Assembly: GCA_963775225.1 (NCBI GenBank)
Contig: CAVZHW010000007.1
Span: 1,651-65,650 of the forward strand
Reading direction: 5' to 3'
DNA from: an uncultured Chloroflexia bacterium
Lineage (GTDB): Bacteria; Chloroflexota; Limnocylindria; Limnocylindrales; CSP1-4
DNA: 64,000 nt
Shown here piece after piece: positions 50,481 through 60,983 of this stretch (the stretch's first letter is position 1; each line of letters starts with the position of its first letter). The notes under the pieces were generated by a model. The model made no database searches. It worked only from the letters and a program-made list of their open reading frames with translations, and had not been told where the DNA came from. A program made the position numbers and the translations under genes.

Positions 50481-51233
50481 ATGGCGGTCATAGTTCCTTC
50501 GCGCCGGCTCGAGTTGCGACTCGCCCGCGAACACGGCTATCGCCTCATCCTGGGCCTCGACGAGGTCGGCGTCGCACCCTCCTCAGGGCCGGTCGTTGCG
50601 TGCGCCCTGGCGATGCCGCTCGACAAGCGCCCCATCAAGGGTGTGCGTGACTCGAAAACGCTGTCGGCGGCGCAGCGTGAACGGCTTGCCCGGGCGATCC
50701 GCCGCCGCGCGCTGACCGTCGGCATCGGCGCTGCCTCCGTTGCCGAAATCGACCGGCTGAACATCTATTACGCGACGGTGCTGGCGATGAAGCGTGCCGT
50801 GACGCACGCGGGAAGGCACGACTTCGTGATCGTCGACGGACGCCACATCCGTGGCTTCGAGGAGCATGCCGGGCCTTACCGTGCGGTGATCGACGGCGAT
50901 GCGTTGTGCTACGTCGTCTCGTGCGCCTCGATCATCGCCAAGGTGACCCGCGACCGCCTGATGCGCCTGCTGGCGGTCCGTTACCCGGGCTATGGCTGGG
51001 AGCACAACGCCGGCTACGCCACGCTCGACCATCGCGCGGGCCTCGCCAGCCTGGGAGTAACCCCGCACCACCGCCGATCGTTCATCACTACCAGGCGGGT
51101 GCTCGACGGCGAGCAGACCTCGTTCGACCTTTTCGGCCAACCGGAGGCAGGGGCAGTGCCGGTCGAGTCGCTCGTTGAGGGTGCCGTGCCCTTCCTTGAC
51201 CTTCGACACTCAGGAGCCCGAGTAAGTCGCTGA
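50481..51233 (+). CDS. rnhB: ribonuclease HII
   Basis: GLDEVG, VRDSKTLSAAQRE and ASIIAKVTRD motifs. Confidence 0.9.
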   Translation: MAVIVPSRRLELRLAREHGYRLILGLDEVGVAPSSGPVVACALAMPLDKRPIKGVRDSKTLSAAQRERLARAIRRRALTVGIGAASVAEIDRLNIYYATVLAMKRAVTHAGRHDFVIVDGRHIRGFEEHAGPYRAVIDGDALCYVVSCASIIAKVTRDRLMRLLAVRYPGYGWEHNAGYATLDHRAGLASLGVTPHHRRSFITTRRVLDGEQTSFDLFGQPEAGAVPVESLVEGAVPFLDLRHSGARVSR

Positions 51234-51247
51234 TAAGCGGTCGCCCC

Positions 51248-51253
51248 TAGGCT
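51248..51253 (+). promoter_or_regulatory. -10-like TAGGCT 6 nt upstream of ATG 51260 (leaderless yraN candidate)
   Basis: Hexamer geometry with no SD. Confidence 0.35.
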
Positions 51254-51259
51254 CTGCCG

Positions 51260-51619
51260 ATGCGGACTCTGAGGCAGCGGCGCGGGGCGTTTGCCGAGGA
51301 GATTGCGGCTGCCCACGTGGCGGCAATTGGCTGGCAGGTGATTGGCCGCAACGTCATGGTTGGCAGCGACGAGATCGACATCCTGGCGATCGATCCGGGG
51401 CCGCCGCCGGCACTCGTGTGCGTCGAGGTGCGTTCAGCCACCTCGACTGATTTCGGCGCGCCGGAGGAGCGGGTCGATCGGCTGAAGGTTGCGCGCCTGT
51501 ATCGTTCGATGGCGGGGCTCCGGGTAAACATCAGGTTGCCCCGACGCGTGGATCTCGTCGTCGTCGACCGGCGCAGCGGGCAGCGCATCCGTCATCTGCG
51601 CGATCTCGAGGCACCATGA
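51260..51619 (+). CDS. yraN: YraN family endonuclease-like protein (UPF0102)
   Basis: GAFAEEIAAAHVAAIGWQVIGRNV..EIDILA..VEVR. Follows rnhB as in many genomes. Confidence 0.8.
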   Translation: MRTLRQRRGAFAEEIAAAHVAAIGWQVIGRNVMVGSDEIDILAIDPGPPPALVCVEVRSATSTDFGAPEERVDRLKVARLYRSMAGLRVNIRLPRRVDLVVVDRRSGQRIRHLRDLEAP

Positions 51620-51984
51620 CGCCCGTCGGTGTGTCGCGCCAGGTACGCACCTGCCCCGTCATAGGCACCGCAGTGTCACGCGCGACATCGTTGGGCGACA
51701 CCCGGCCAGGCCAACATCCAGCGGGACGTGAAGGCATCGATGCTGCTGGGCGCGTTCGTATGCGCGTGGGATGCGTGAATGACACGCGACCGATGGCGCC
51801 GGGCGGCTAAGACGCAGGTGGCGCGCAGGTGCACGCACAAGGCCGGACAAGGGCGGCTACGGCGCACGGCATGCGCAGCTGCAAACCGCGCGTTCGATCA
51901 CCACGACCACCATCGGCGGACCAATCACGCTTGCCAGCTGGAATCTCTGCGACAAACGATTGCGCCGGGCGCATGATGCGCCTT

Positions 51985-51993
51985 TGGTAGACT
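51985..51993 (+). promoter_or_regulatory. extended -10 TGgTAGACT upstream of rpsB (about 140-nt leader)
   Basis: This is the only TGnTANNNT in the 520-nt non-coding gap. Confidence 0.35.
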
Positions 51994-52141
51994 GCGCGAG
52001 CCGCATTGACCGGCAGCGCCGCAACGGCGACATCACACACGCATGCTGCTTCCCACGAGGTGCCCCAAGCGCGGCGACGCGCGGCGGGTCCGTGGGCACG
52101 AGGCACGCGGAGGCGAAACCGAACCAGGAGGAATCCGCTCC

Positions 52142-53092
52142 ATGCCGTCAGTTTCCATGCGCCAGCTGCTCGAGGCGGGCGTCCACTTCGGTCATCAGAC
52201 CAGGCGCTGGAATCCCAAGATGCGCCCGTACATCTTTGCCGAGCGCAACGGGATCCACATCATCGACCTGGCGCAGACCGTGCGTCGCCTCGAGACTGCC
52301 CTCGAATTCGTGCGCGACACGGTTGCCCACGGCGACTCGATCCTCTTCGTGGGCACCAAGAAGCAGGCCCAGGAGCCGGTCGCCGAGGAAGCCACGCGCG
52401 CCGAGATGCCCTACGTCAACCAGCGCTGGCTGGGCGGCATGCTCACCAACTTCGTGACCATCCGCAAGCGACTTGGCTTGCTCGATCAGCTCGAGGCACG
52501 CCAGGAGAACGGCGAGTTCGAGCGGCTCTCCAAGAAAGAGGCCTCGCGGCTCACCGAGGAGATGCACCGCCTGCAGCGCACGCTCGGCGGCATCCGCAAG
52601 ATGCGCCGGCTTCCCGGCGCGATGTTCGTGATCGATCCGCAGCGCGAACACATCGCGGTCGTCGAGGCGCGCAAGCTGGAGATCCCGGTCATCGGCACCG
52701 GCGACACGAACGTCGATCCCGATCTGCTCGACTACGTCATCCCGGCCAACGACGACGCCATCCGCGCCATCCGGCTGCTGTGCACACTGGTCGCCGATGC
52801 GGCGGTCGAGGGCGCCCAAGAGCGCGCCGCCCGGCCGATGGACGAGCCCGTCGCGGCGGTCGAAGAGCAGGAAGAAGCAAGCGACGAGATGGTCGCCGCA
52901 CTGGCCGCTGGCGGCACGTTCAGTTTCGAGCCCGAGCCCGACGAGGACGAGCTGCTGCCCGCCGACAGTGCCGAGCCTGCGCAGGCGGCCGACGGTGATG
53001 AAGCTGAGGAGCGCCCGGCGCCCGCTCATGCGCGGCCCGCCCACGGTCGGCGGGCCGGGGCAAACACCGGCAACGAAGAGCCGGCCGACTAA
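52142..53092 (+). CDS. rpsB: 30S ribosomal protein S2 (with acidic C-terminal extension)
   Basis: [15 protein letters not shown] motif. AGGAGGA SD. Confidence 0.95.
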   Translation: MPSVSMRQLLEAGVHFGHQTRRWNPKMRPYIFAERNGIHIIDLAQTVRRLETALEFVRDTVAHGDSILFVGTKKQAQEPVAEEATRAEMPYVNQRWLGGMLTNFVTIRKRLGLLDQLEARQENGEFERLSKKEASRLTEEMHRLQRTLGGIRKMRRLPGAMFVIDPQREHIAVVEARKLEIPVIGTGDTNVDPDLLDYVIPANDDAIRAIRLLCTLVADAAVEGAQERAARPMDEPVAAVEEQEEASDEMVAALAAGGTFSFEPEPDEDELLPADSAEPAQAADGDEAEERPAPAHARPAHGRRAGANTGNEEPAD

Positions 53093-53110
53093 CCGACAAG
53101 GGACAGGGAA

Positions 53111-53728
53111 ATGAACGACACCACGACTGCTGCAGGCGTCCCGGCGACGCGGGTCAAGGAGCTCCGCGAGATCACCGGTGCCGGTTTCATGGACTGCAAG
53201 CGTGCGCTCGAGGATGCCGGCGGCGACCTGGAAAGGGCCGCTGCGTTGCTCAAGGAGCGTGGAATGGCCACGGCCGCCAGGAAATCCGGGCGCGAGGCTC
53301 GCGAGGGAGCCATCGCGAGCTACATCCATCCGGGCGACCGGCTGGGCGTCCTCATCGAGGTCAACTGCGAGACGGACTTCGTCGCCCGCAACGAAGACTT
53401 CCAGAAACTCGTCCGCGACCTCGCGATGCAGGTCGCCGGCCTTGTCCCGCAGTACGTGACCGTCAATTCGATACCCGAGGCGGAGCTGGAGGCCAAGCAG
53501 GCCGAGTTGCTGGCCGATCCGGAGACCCAGCGCAAACCCGAGCAACTGCGTGGCCAGATCGTCGAAGGCCAGCTCCGCAAGTGGTACCAGTCGGCCGTCC
53601 TCTACGAGCAGCCCTTCCGCGACACTGAGCAGACCGTCGGCCAGCTGGTGAGCGAGGCCATTGCGCGCATCGGCGAGAACATCGTCGTGCGCCGTTTCAC
53701 TCGTTACCAGCTTGGAGAGGATCTTTGA
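53111..53728 (+). CDS. tsf: elongation factor Ts (short form)
   Basis: [20 protein letters not shown] and [12 protein letters not shown] motifs. Confidence 0.95.
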   Translation: MNDTTTAAGVPATRVKELREITGAGFMDCKRALEDAGGDLERAAALLKERGMATAARKSGREAREGAIASYIHPGDRLGVLIEVNCETDFVARNEDFQKLVRDLAMQVAGLVPQYVTVNSIPEAELEAKQAELLADPETQRKPEQLRGQIVEGQLRKWYQSAVLYEQPFRDTEQTVGQLVSEAIARIGENIVVRRFTRYQLGEDL

Positions 53729-54516
53729 GCGAGACACTGGCGCGCGCCGGCGAGCGAGCCGGACGAGGCGCCAACCGCCAAGGCACCGCCTATCGCCGCA
53801 TCGTGCTCAAGATCAGCGGCGAGGCGCTCATGGGCAAGCGCAGCTACGGCGTCGACCCGGAGATGTGCGTGTTCATCGCGCGCCAGGTGCACCAGGTGGT
53901 CGATCAGGGCATCCAGGTTGCCATCGTCGTTGGCGGCGGCAACATCTTCCGCGGCCTGGCCGCATCGGCGCGCGGCATGGATCGCGCCACCGGCGACTAC
54001 ATCGGCATGCTCGCGACGGTGATGAACGGCCTCGCACTGCAGGATGCGCTCGAGAAGGAGGGCGTGCCTACCCGCGTGATGTCGGCCATTGCCATGAACG
54101 AGGTGGCCGAGCCTTACATCCGGCGACGCGCAATGCGCCACCTCGAGAAGGGCCGCGTGATCATCCTCGCCGCGGGCACCGGCAACCCGTACTTCACCAC
54201 CGACACTGCGGCGGCGCTGCGCGCTGTGGAGATCGGCGCCGAAGTGCTGCTCAAGGCGACCAAGGTCGACGGCGTGTACGACAGTGATCCGCTCACCAAT
54301 CCCGGCGCGCGGCGGCACATCCGCGTCAACTACGCGAAGATGCTCAGCGACCGCCTGCAGGTCATCGATGCCACGGCCGTTACCCTGTGCATGGAGAACG
54401 ACCTGCCGATCATCGTGTTCGACCTCAATTCGCCGGGCCACATCAAGGCCGCCGCGACCGGCGAGCAGGTGGGCACCATAATCGACGGCGGCGACGACGG
54501 TGGGCCGGGCCGATGA
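53725..54516 (+). CDS. pyrH: UMP kinase
   Basis: [17 protein letters not shown] and [10 protein letters not shown] motifs. Confidence 0.95.
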   Translation: MSETLARAGERAGRGANRQGTAYRRIVLKISGEALMGKRSYGVDPEMCVFIARQVHQVVDQGIQVAIVVGGGNIFRGLAASARGMDRATGDYIGMLATVMNGLALQDALEKEGVPTRVMSAIAMNEVAEPYIRRRAMRHLEKGRVIILAAGTGNPYFTTDTAAALRAVEIGAEVLLKATKVDGVYDSDPLTNPGARRHIRVNYAKMLSDRLQVIDATAVTLCMENDLPIIVFDLNSPGHIKAAATGEQVGTIIDGGDDGGPGR

Positions 54517-55073
54517 CCGACGAGATTCGGCGCGACGCGGATGCGCGCATGGCGCGCGCCATCGAGGCTCTCGAACGCGACCTGGTCGCCGTCCGCACCG
54601 GCCGCGCATCCACGGCACTGGTCGAGCGCATTCCGGTCGAGTACTACGGCACTGCGACGCCGCTCAACCAGCTCGCCAGCATCAGCGTGCCCGAGGCGCA
54701 CAGCATCGTCATTCAGCCGTGGGATCGCAGTGCTCTCGGTGCCATCGAGAAGGCCATCCTCAAGAGCGACGTGGGCCTGACGCCCAACGTCGACGGCACG
54801 GTCGTCCGGTTGGCCATCCCGCTGCTCACCGAGGAGCGTCGCAGGGATCTCGTGCGGCTCGTCCACAAGCGCATGGAAGAGGCGCGCGTCGAGCTGCGCA
54901 ACCACCGCCGCGAAGTGGCCGATGAGATCAAGCGCGCCGAGCACGAGGGAGTGATCGGCGCCGACGAGGGGCGCCGCGAGATGGAGCAGCTCCAGAAGGT
55001 GATCGACCGCTGGATCGACGAAGTCGAGCGCGTCGGCAAGCACAAGGAGCAGGAGATCATGGAGGTCGGATGA
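54513..55073 (+). CDS. frr: ribosome recycling factor
   Basis: [19 protein letters not shown] and [11 protein letters not shown] motifs. ATGA overlap with pyrH. Confidence 0.95.
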   Translation: MTDEIRRDADARMARAIEALERDLVAVRTGRASTALVERIPVEYYGTATPLNQLASISVPEAHSIVIQPWDRSALGAIEKAILKSDVGLTPNVDGTVVRLAIPLLTEERRRDLVRLVHKRMEEARVELRNHRREVADEIKRAEHEGVIGADEGRREMEQLQKVIDRWIDEVERVGKHKEQEIMEVG

Positions 55074-55804
55074 CCACGGTCGAACTGGCCGGCTCGGTCG
55101 CTCCGGCAAGTGAGCGATACGAACCGCTCCCGCGCCACGTCGCGATCGTCATGGACGGCAATCGGCGCTGGGCGCGGCTGCACGGCGTGTCCGAGGGCGA
55201 GGGTCACTCGGCCGGCGTGGACGCTATTCGCCCGATCGTCGAGCGGGCTGGCGACCTGGGTATCCAGGCGCTCTCGATCTACGCGTTCAGCCGAGAAAAC
55301 TGGTCGCGCAGTGACGAGGAAGTGGGCACGCTCTTCGCCCTGATGGAGGCAGCAATCCGGCGCGAGGTGCCCGACCTGGTGCGCAAGGGCGTGCGCGTAC
55401 GGGTACTGGGCCGGCTCGAGGAGTTACCGGCGAGCACCCGCAACTCGATCTCCGAAGCGATCTCGACTACTGCCCGCGGCACGGGCTTGGCCCTGAACAT
55501 CGCCTTCAACTACTCGGGTCGCTCGGAAATCGTGGATGGCGTGCGGCGTGCGCTGGCGGATGGCCTGGCGCCCGACGAGGTCGACGAAGAGGCGATTCGG
55601 GCGCGCCTGTACACCGCCGGGCTGCCCGAGCTGGACCTGCTCATCCGCACCGGCGGCGAACAACGCATCAGCAACTTCCTGCTCTGGCAGGCCGCCTATG
55701 CCGAGTTGTACTTCACCGACGTGCTGTGGCCCGATTTCGCGCCGGCCACCTTGGACGAAGCCCTGAGCGAATTCGCGCGGCGAACTCGTCGTTTCGGGCG
55801 CTAG
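55070..55804 (+). CDS. uppS: isoprenyl transferase (undecaprenyl diphosphate synthase)
   Basis: HVAIVMDGNRRWA and IRTGGEQRISNFLLWQ motifs. Confidence 0.95.
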   Translation: MTTVELAGSVAPASERYEPLPRHVAIVMDGNRRWARLHGVSEGEGHSAGVDAIRPIVERAGDLGIQALSIYAFSRENWSRSDEEVGTLFALMEAAIRREVPDLVRKGVRVRVLGRLEELPASTRNSISEAISTTARGTGLALNIAFNYSGRSEIVDGVRRALADGLAPDEVDEEAIRARLYTAGLPELDLLIRTGGEQRISNFLLWQAAYAELYFTDVLWPDFAPATLDEALSEFARRTRRFGR

Positions 55805-55807
55805 CCT
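55802..55807 (+). promoter_or_regulatory. -10-like TAGCCT 7 nt upstream of ATG 55815 (leaderless cdsA candidate)
   Basis: The hexamer overlaps the uppS stop codon. No SD. Confidence 0.3.
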
Positions 55808-55814
55808 CCAGTCC

Positions 55815-56696
55815 ATGCGCCAGCGCCTGATCAGCGCGGCCGTGCTCGTGCCGGTCGTGGTGATCGTCTTCCTGCTCGGCGACCCGGAACACGGCGTTTG
55901 GCTGATCGGCGGAGTTGCACTCCTGGCGGCGGCCGCCGCGTTCGAAACCAGCCGTCTGCTGCGCGGCGCCGGACTGCTGGCGGAGGCCTGGTTCGCGGTG
56001 GCGGCAGCGGCGATCGCCGTGGTGGGCCAGCCATACGTTTTCGGGATTGGGGCCGCGGGTGGCCTCAGAACCGTCATGCCAGCCGTATACGTGGCCGTAG
56101 TAGCGGCTCTCACGGCGCTGATTGGTGTCGCTCGGCGCGATCCAGCCGATGGGTTCCGCGTATGGATCGGAACGACCTTCGCCGCGTTTTACGCGGGGCT
56201 GCTGGCATTCATTTACGGGATAGTCGAGCTCGCCCCGGGCAATGGCGCACTCGCGCCCGGCGCGCCGCTGTTCGGCGTGTTCGACGCCGGCCGCACGTGG
56301 TTGCTGATTCTCGTGCTGACCGTCTGGTCGCTTGATTCGGCCGCTTACGTTGTGGGCCGCACCTACCAGCGCGGACGTTTCATGAGCCACATCTCACCCA
56401 ACAAGACCTGGAGCGGGGCCATCGGCGGCACGTTGATCGGGATCGTCGTGGCCACCGTTCTGGTCTGGGCGACGGGCAACGGGGCGCTGCTCGGGATCGT
56501 GGTCGGCGTGGTGGTCACAATCGCTGCACAGGCCGGCGACCTGGCTGAGTCGATGCTCAAGCGCGCGGCGGGCGCGAAAGACTCAGGCGCGCTCATCCCT
56601 GGCCACGGTGGCGTGCTCGATCGTGTCGACTCGCTCATGTTTGCCGCGCCGGCACTCTTCGCGCTGCTCGTCGTGCAGGGGGCCGTCAACTCGTGA
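55815..56696 (+). CDS. cdsA: phosphatidate cytidylyltransferase
   Basis: SMLKRAAGAKDSGALIPGHGGVLDRVDS signature. Confidence 0.9.
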   Translation: MRQRLISAAVLVPVVVIVFLLGDPEHGVWLIGGVALLAAAAAFETSRLLRGAGLLAEAWFAVAAAAIAVVGQPYVFGIGAAGGLRTVMPAVYVAVVAALTALIGVARRDPADGFRVWIGTTFAAFYAGLLAFIYGIVELAPGNGALAPGAPLFGVFDAGRTWLLILVLTVWSLDSAAYVVGRTYQRGRFMSHISPNKTWSGAIGGTLIGIVVATVLVWATGNGALLGIVVGVVVTIAAQAGDLAESMLKRAAGAKDSGALIPGHGGVLDRVDSLMFAAPALFALLVVQGAVNS

Positions 56697-57814
56697 CGGC
56701 GGATCCGCAGCGGGTGGCGGTGCTGGGCAGCACAGGGTCGATCGGCCGCCAGGCACTCGATGTGCTCGCCGCTCACCCGGACCGTTTCGCGGTGGTCGCG
56801 CTGGCAGCCGGACGAAACGAGGCGCTCTTCGCCGAGCAGGTGGCGCGGCACCGGCCGGCACTGACGGCGCTCGCACGCGACGGTGATGCGCGGCTCGGGG
56901 ACATCGCCGCCAGCGACACGGTCGATCTCGTGCTGGTGGGCACGACCGGCATTGTCAGCCTGAGCCCGGTCCTGGCGGCACTCGAAGCGGGCAAGATCGT
57001 GGCCACCGCCAACAAGGAGACGCTGGTGAGCGGCGGCCACCTCGTCATGCCGCTTGCCCGTCGCCTGGCAGCCGCCGCCGGCAAGTTACCGCTGCACTAC
57101 CTGCGGCCCATCGACTCTGAGCACTCGGCCATCTGGCAGTGTCTCGCCGGCGAGGACTGGGCCCAGATCCGACGCCTGGTCCTGACCGCGTCGGGCGGGC
57201 CTTTCCGCACGTGGCCGGCCGGCCGCATAGCCTCCGCCAAGCCAGCCGATGCTCTGGACCACCCGACCTGGAGCATGGGCGCCAAGATCACGGTCGACTC
57301 GGCCAGCCTGATGAACAAGGCGCTCGAGGTGATCGAGGCACGCTGGCTGTACGATGTCGCCGATGACCGCGTGGACGTGGTCGTCCATCCGCAGAGCATC
57401 GTGCACTCGATGGTCGAGTTTGCCGACGGCTCGCTAAAGGCCCAGCTGGGACTGCCCGACATGCGCATCCCCATCCAGTACGCCCTGACCTATCCCGACC
57501 ACCTCGCCTCGCCGGCAGCACGCCTGGACGCGATTCCCGACCTGACCTTCGAGCAGGTCGACGAGGCGCGCTTTCCCGCGCTCTCGATCGGGCGAGATGC
57601 GGGCCGGCGCGGAGCGCGTGCGAGTGCCGCGCTGATCTCCGCCGACGACGTCGCCGTGGCGCGCTTTCTGGAAGGCTCGGTGACCTTTCCGGGCATCGCC
57701 GAGCTGTGCGCGGCGGCGGTGGACCAGTTTGATACTGGCGTCGACAGCGAGCCGTCCCTCGACGAATTGCTGGCGCTTGATCGCGAAGTACGGGAGTGGG
57801 CCGCCACATGCTGA
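56693..57814 (+). CDS. dxr: 1-deoxy-D-xylulose-5-phosphate reductoisomerase
   Basis: GSTGSIGRQALDV, ANKE and PIDSEHSA motifs. Confidence 0.95.
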   Translation: MTADPQRVAVLGSTGSIGRQALDVLAAHPDRFAVVALAAGRNEALFAEQVARHRPALTALARDGDARLGDIAASDTVDLVLVGTTGIVSLSPVLAALEAGKIVATANKETLVSGGHLVMPLARRLAAAAGKLPLHYLRPIDSEHSAIWQCLAGEDWAQIRRLVLTASGGPFRTWPAGRIASAKPADALDHPTWSMGAKITVDSASLMNKALEVIEARWLYDVADDRVDVVVHPQSIVHSMVEFADGSLKAQLGLPDMRIPIQYALTYPDHLASPAARLDAIPDLTFEQVDEARFPALSIGRDAGRRGARASAALISADDVAVARFLEGSVTFPGIAELCAAAVDQFDTGVDSEPSLDELLALDREVREWAATC

Positions 57815-58944
57815 ACTTCATCGGGTTGGGCAACGGGCTGATTAACGTCGCCCTGCTGCTGGTCATCCTGGTCGTGCTCGTGGTCATCCACGAGTTCGGT
57901 CATTTCGCGGTCGCTCGCTGGGCGGGCGTGCGCGTCCATGAGTTCGGCATCGGCTTCCCGCCACGCGCCCGCGTGCTGGGCAGCGACGGCGAGACGACCT
58001 ACACGCTCAACTGGCTGCCCATCGGTGGTTTCGTGCGGATGGAGGGCGAAGAGGGCGAATCGGACGATCCGCGCTCGTTCGTGCGCCAGCGGTTGCCGGT
58101 GCGGCTGGTCATCCTGCTCGCCGGGGTGACCATGAACATCCTCCTCGCCCTGGTCATCTTCACGCTGATCGCCTGGCTGGCCGACCCGGTGGCCGACGTG
58201 CGCGTGGCCCACGTCCAGGACAACAGCCCGGCAGCGTCCATTGGTCTCCACGGCGGCAACCAGATCGGCACCGACGCACAGGGCAACCCGATCTACGACA
58301 ACAGCGGCGACGTGATCGTGGCCATCGACGGCCAGCCCTTCCCGTGGTTCGACAACGTCAGCGTGGACACGGTGCCCGAGCTCGCCTACCTGCGCGACCA
58401 CGCGGGCCAGACCGTGACGCTGACCATCGAGAACTCAGCCGGCCAGACGCGCGATACAACCGTCACGCTGCGCGTACCGGACCAGAACAGCGATCAGGGT
58501 GCGCTGGGGATCCTCGTTGCGCAGGACCTCGTGCAGCGCAACATCCAGCACGACCCCATCACTGCCGTGCAGCTGGGCGTCAAGCGCACGGTTGATGCCG
58601 CGCTGCTCATCTTCCAGGGGCTGCAGAGCCTGGTTTCGAATATCGGCAACCCGCAGGTCTCAGGGCCGGTCGGCATCGTCAGCACGGTTGGCCAGATCCG
58701 CCAGGAGTTGCCGCCCATCTTCCTGATCTGGTTCATCGGGCTGTTGTCGGCCAACCTGGGCGTGGTCAACGCGCTGCCGCTGCCACCGCTCGACGGCGGT
58801 CGCGTGGCGGTGTCGATCATCCAGGCAGCGACCGGCAATCGCTTCAGCCAGGCGGCGGAGCGGCTGGTCTACCTGACCGGCTTCTTCCTGCTCATGCTGC
58901 TGCTCGTCTGGATCACGTTCAACGACCTGCAGCGGCTCACCTGA
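57808..58944 (+). CDS. rseP: RIP metalloprotease RseP/RasP (M50)
   Basis: HEFGHF zinc motif, PDZ region and LPLPPLDGG motif. Confidence 0.9.
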   Translation: MLNFIGLGNGLINVALLLVILVVLVVIHEFGHFAVARWAGVRVHEFGIGFPPRARVLGSDGETTYTLNWLPIGGFVRMEGEEGESDDPRSFVRQRLPVRLVILLAGVTMNILLALVIFTLIAWLADPVADVRVAHVQDNSPAASIGLHGGNQIGTDAQGNPIYDNSGDVIVAIDGQPFPWFDNVSVDTVPELAYLRDHAGQTVTLTIENSAGQTRDTTVTLRVPDQNSDQGALGILVAQDLVQRNIQHDPITAVQLGVKRTVDAALLIFQGLQSLVSNIGNPQVSGPVGIVSTVGQIRQELPPIFLIWFIGLLSANLGVVNALPLPPLDGGRVAVSIIQAATGNRFSQAAERLVYLTGFFLLMLLLVWITFNDLQRLT

Positions 58945-60188
58945 TGGCTGACGTCATCCGCCGCTCGACGCCGACCGTCGACGTGGGTGGAGTGCCGGTG
59001 GGCTCCGCTCACCCGATCGTCGTCCAGTCGATGACCAACACCGACACCGCCGATGCCGACGCAACCGCGCTCCAGGTCGCCGCACTGGCCCACGCCGGCT
59101 CCGAGCTGGTGCGCGTCACGGTCAACAACGACGGGGCGGCAGAGGCGGTCCCCGAGATCCGGCGCAAGTTGAACGACTTGGGCGTTGGCGTACCGCTCAT
59201 CGGCGACTTCCACTACAACGGCCATCAGTTGCTGGTCGAGTACCCCAAAATGGCCGCCACGCTGGACAAGTACCGCATCAATCCGGGCAACGTCGGTGCC
59301 AAGCGGCACGACGAGAACTTCGTGACGATCATCCGTGTGGCACTCGACAACGGCAAGCCCGTACGCATCGGCGTCAACTGGGGCTCGCTCGACCAGGCCT
59401 TGTTGACGGAGCTCATGGACGCGAACGCGCGCTCGACCGAGCCGGCCGATGCGCGTGACGTGATGATCGAGGCGATGGTCCAGTCGGCCCTTCGCTCGGC
59501 CGAGCTGGCGGAGGCGACCGGCCTGGCGCACGATCGCATCATCCTGAGCGCCAAGGTCAGCGGTGTGGGCGATTTGGTCGACGTCTACTCGTCGCTGGCT
59601 GCGCGCTGCGACTACCCACTGCACTTGGGCCTGACCGAGGCGGGCATGGGCATGAAGGGCATCGTCGCCTCGAGCGCCGGCCTGTCGCTCCTCCTCACGC
59701 AAGGCATCGGCGACACCATTCGCGTGTCACTCACGCCCGCCCCCGGCGGCGATCGCACGGAGGAGGTCCGCGTGGCGCAGCAGGTCCTGCAGTCGCTCGG
59801 CCTGCGCTCGTTCACCCCACAGGTCTCCGCCTGTCCCGGCTGCGGTCGAACGACATCGACGTTCTTCCAGGAGATGGCCGAGCAGATCCAGGGCTACCTG
59901 CAGGCGCAGATGCCGGGCTGGGCGGCGCGCTATCCCGGCGTCGAGGACATGCGCGTGGCCGTCATGGGCTGCGTCGTCAACGGCCCGGGCGAGTCGAAGC
60001 ACGCCGACATCGGCATCTCGCTGCCGGGCACGTTCGAGGAGCCGGTCGCGCCCGTGTTCGTCGATGGCACGTTGAAGACAACGCTGCGTGGCGAGGGGCT
60101 GGTCCAGGAGTTCATCGCGATCCTCGACCAGTATGTCGCCGAGCGCTACACGCTGGTCCGCACGGCCGACGCTCCTGCGCCGGCCTGA
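58944..60188 (+). CDS. ispG: 4-hydroxy-3-methylbut-2-en-1-yl diphosphate synthase
   Basis: [15 protein letters not shown] and CPGCGRT motifs. Confidence 0.95.
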   Translation: MADVIRRSTPTVDVGGVPVGSAHPIVVQSMTNTDTADADATALQVAALAHAGSELVRVTVNNDGAAEAVPEIRRKLNDLGVGVPLIGDFHYNGHQLLVEYPKMAATLDKYRINPGNVGAKRHDENFVTIIRVALDNGKPVRIGVNWGSLDQALLTELMDANARSTEPADARDVMIEAMVQSALRSAELAEATGLAHDRIILSAKVSGVGDLVDVYSSLAARCDYPLHLGLTEAGMGMKGIVASSAGLSLLLTQGIGDTIRVSLTPAPGGDRTEEVRVAQQVLQSLGLRSFTPQVSACPGCGRTTSTFFQEMAEQIQGYLQAQMPGWAARYPGVEDMRVAVMGCVVNGPGESKHADIGISLPGTFEEPVAPVFVDGTLKTTLRGEGLVQEFIAILDQYVAERYTLVRTADAPAPA

Positions 60189-60205
60189 TCCGCCAGGTTA
60201 GCGAG

Positions 60206-60222
60206 CCGGGTCAGCGACCCGG
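60206..60222. terminator. hairpin shared by convergent ispG and 60211..60888
   Basis: ccgggtc-agc-gacccgg forms a 7-bp stem and overlaps the minus-strand stop codon. Confidence 0.3.
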
Positions 60223-60888
60223 GTCGAGCACGATCAGGCGGGCAATGGCCAAGCCGCAGGCCATCGCCAGGATGCTGGCCATCGCGACATAGGCATATGC
60301 CCTGCGGCGGAGCGTGGCACCGCCGTAGCGCCGACGGTAGGTGGCGTCGCGTTCCAGGACGTCGGCCATTGAGTGGTTTTCGAGCGGCTCTCCGTGAGCT
60401 GCCGTCAGGCTGGCAACGGTACCGTCGTGTAGCGCGATGGCCGCCTCGGGTGACGTGGTTATGGATGTCGCTTCCAGCCTGTCTGTGCGAATTTCGACAC
60501 CAGTCGGAAAGAAGGTGGCGGCCACGGCGCCATCGGAGAAGATGGTGTGGCAGGCCATCAGCACCCCGCCTTTCAGCGTGTCGGTGGGGACGAGCGAGAT
60601 GTAGGTCGTCGCGGGTCGCCCGATGAGCACCCATTCGAAGCGACGGCGGTTCCTGGACAGCAACGCCGAGCGAACGCCGATGGCGCTGAACCGGGACTGC
60701 TCGAGCCGTGCGATGAGATCGACCACGGCAGGCGGTGGTGGCGGGGCCCAGTCGGTCGCGTCAACGAGCCGGCGTCGCCTGATGCCCAGGTAGATCTGCA
60801 GGATCAGCTGGGAGGCAGGCACGAGGCTCACGGCAATGATCAGCAGGGACAGGAGCAGAATGAGATCGAGGGTGCTCAGCAGCGGCAT
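60211..60888 (-). CDS. hypothetical two-TM membrane protein
   Basis: N-terminal TM LDLILLLSLLIIAVSLV and C-terminal TM AYAYVAMASILAMACGLAIA flank a 150-aa soluble region. No motif recognised. Confidence 0.5.
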   Translation of the reverse strand: MPLLSTLDLILLLSLLIIAVSLVPASQLILQIYLGIRRRRLVDATDWAPPPPPAVVDLIARLEQSRFSAIGVRSALLSRNRRRFEWVLIGRPATTYISLVPTDTLKGGVLMACHTIFSDGAVAATFFPTGVEIRTDRLEATSITTSPEAAIALHDGTVASLTAAHGEPLENHSMADVLERDATYRRRYGGATLRRRAYAYVAMASILAMACGLAIARLIVLDPGR

Positions 60889-60983
60889 GGCGGGACAATA
60901 ACCATCGGTCGGGGTGCTGCGAAAGGCGCCTTTGGTCCCGGTGGCGATGCGACGTAGGGACTTCGCGCCAGCAGGACTCGCCC

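Noticed and set aside
51620-51980. A degraded comM/yifB or small protein gene, CRISPR-like repeats, or SRP/6S-type RNA motifs in the gap after yraN.
   Set aside because: Translations in all six frames show no Mg-chelatase or other motifs. There are no direct repeats and I saw no SRP RNA GGAA-type conserved loop. The gap is left as unexplained non-coding DNA in the findings.
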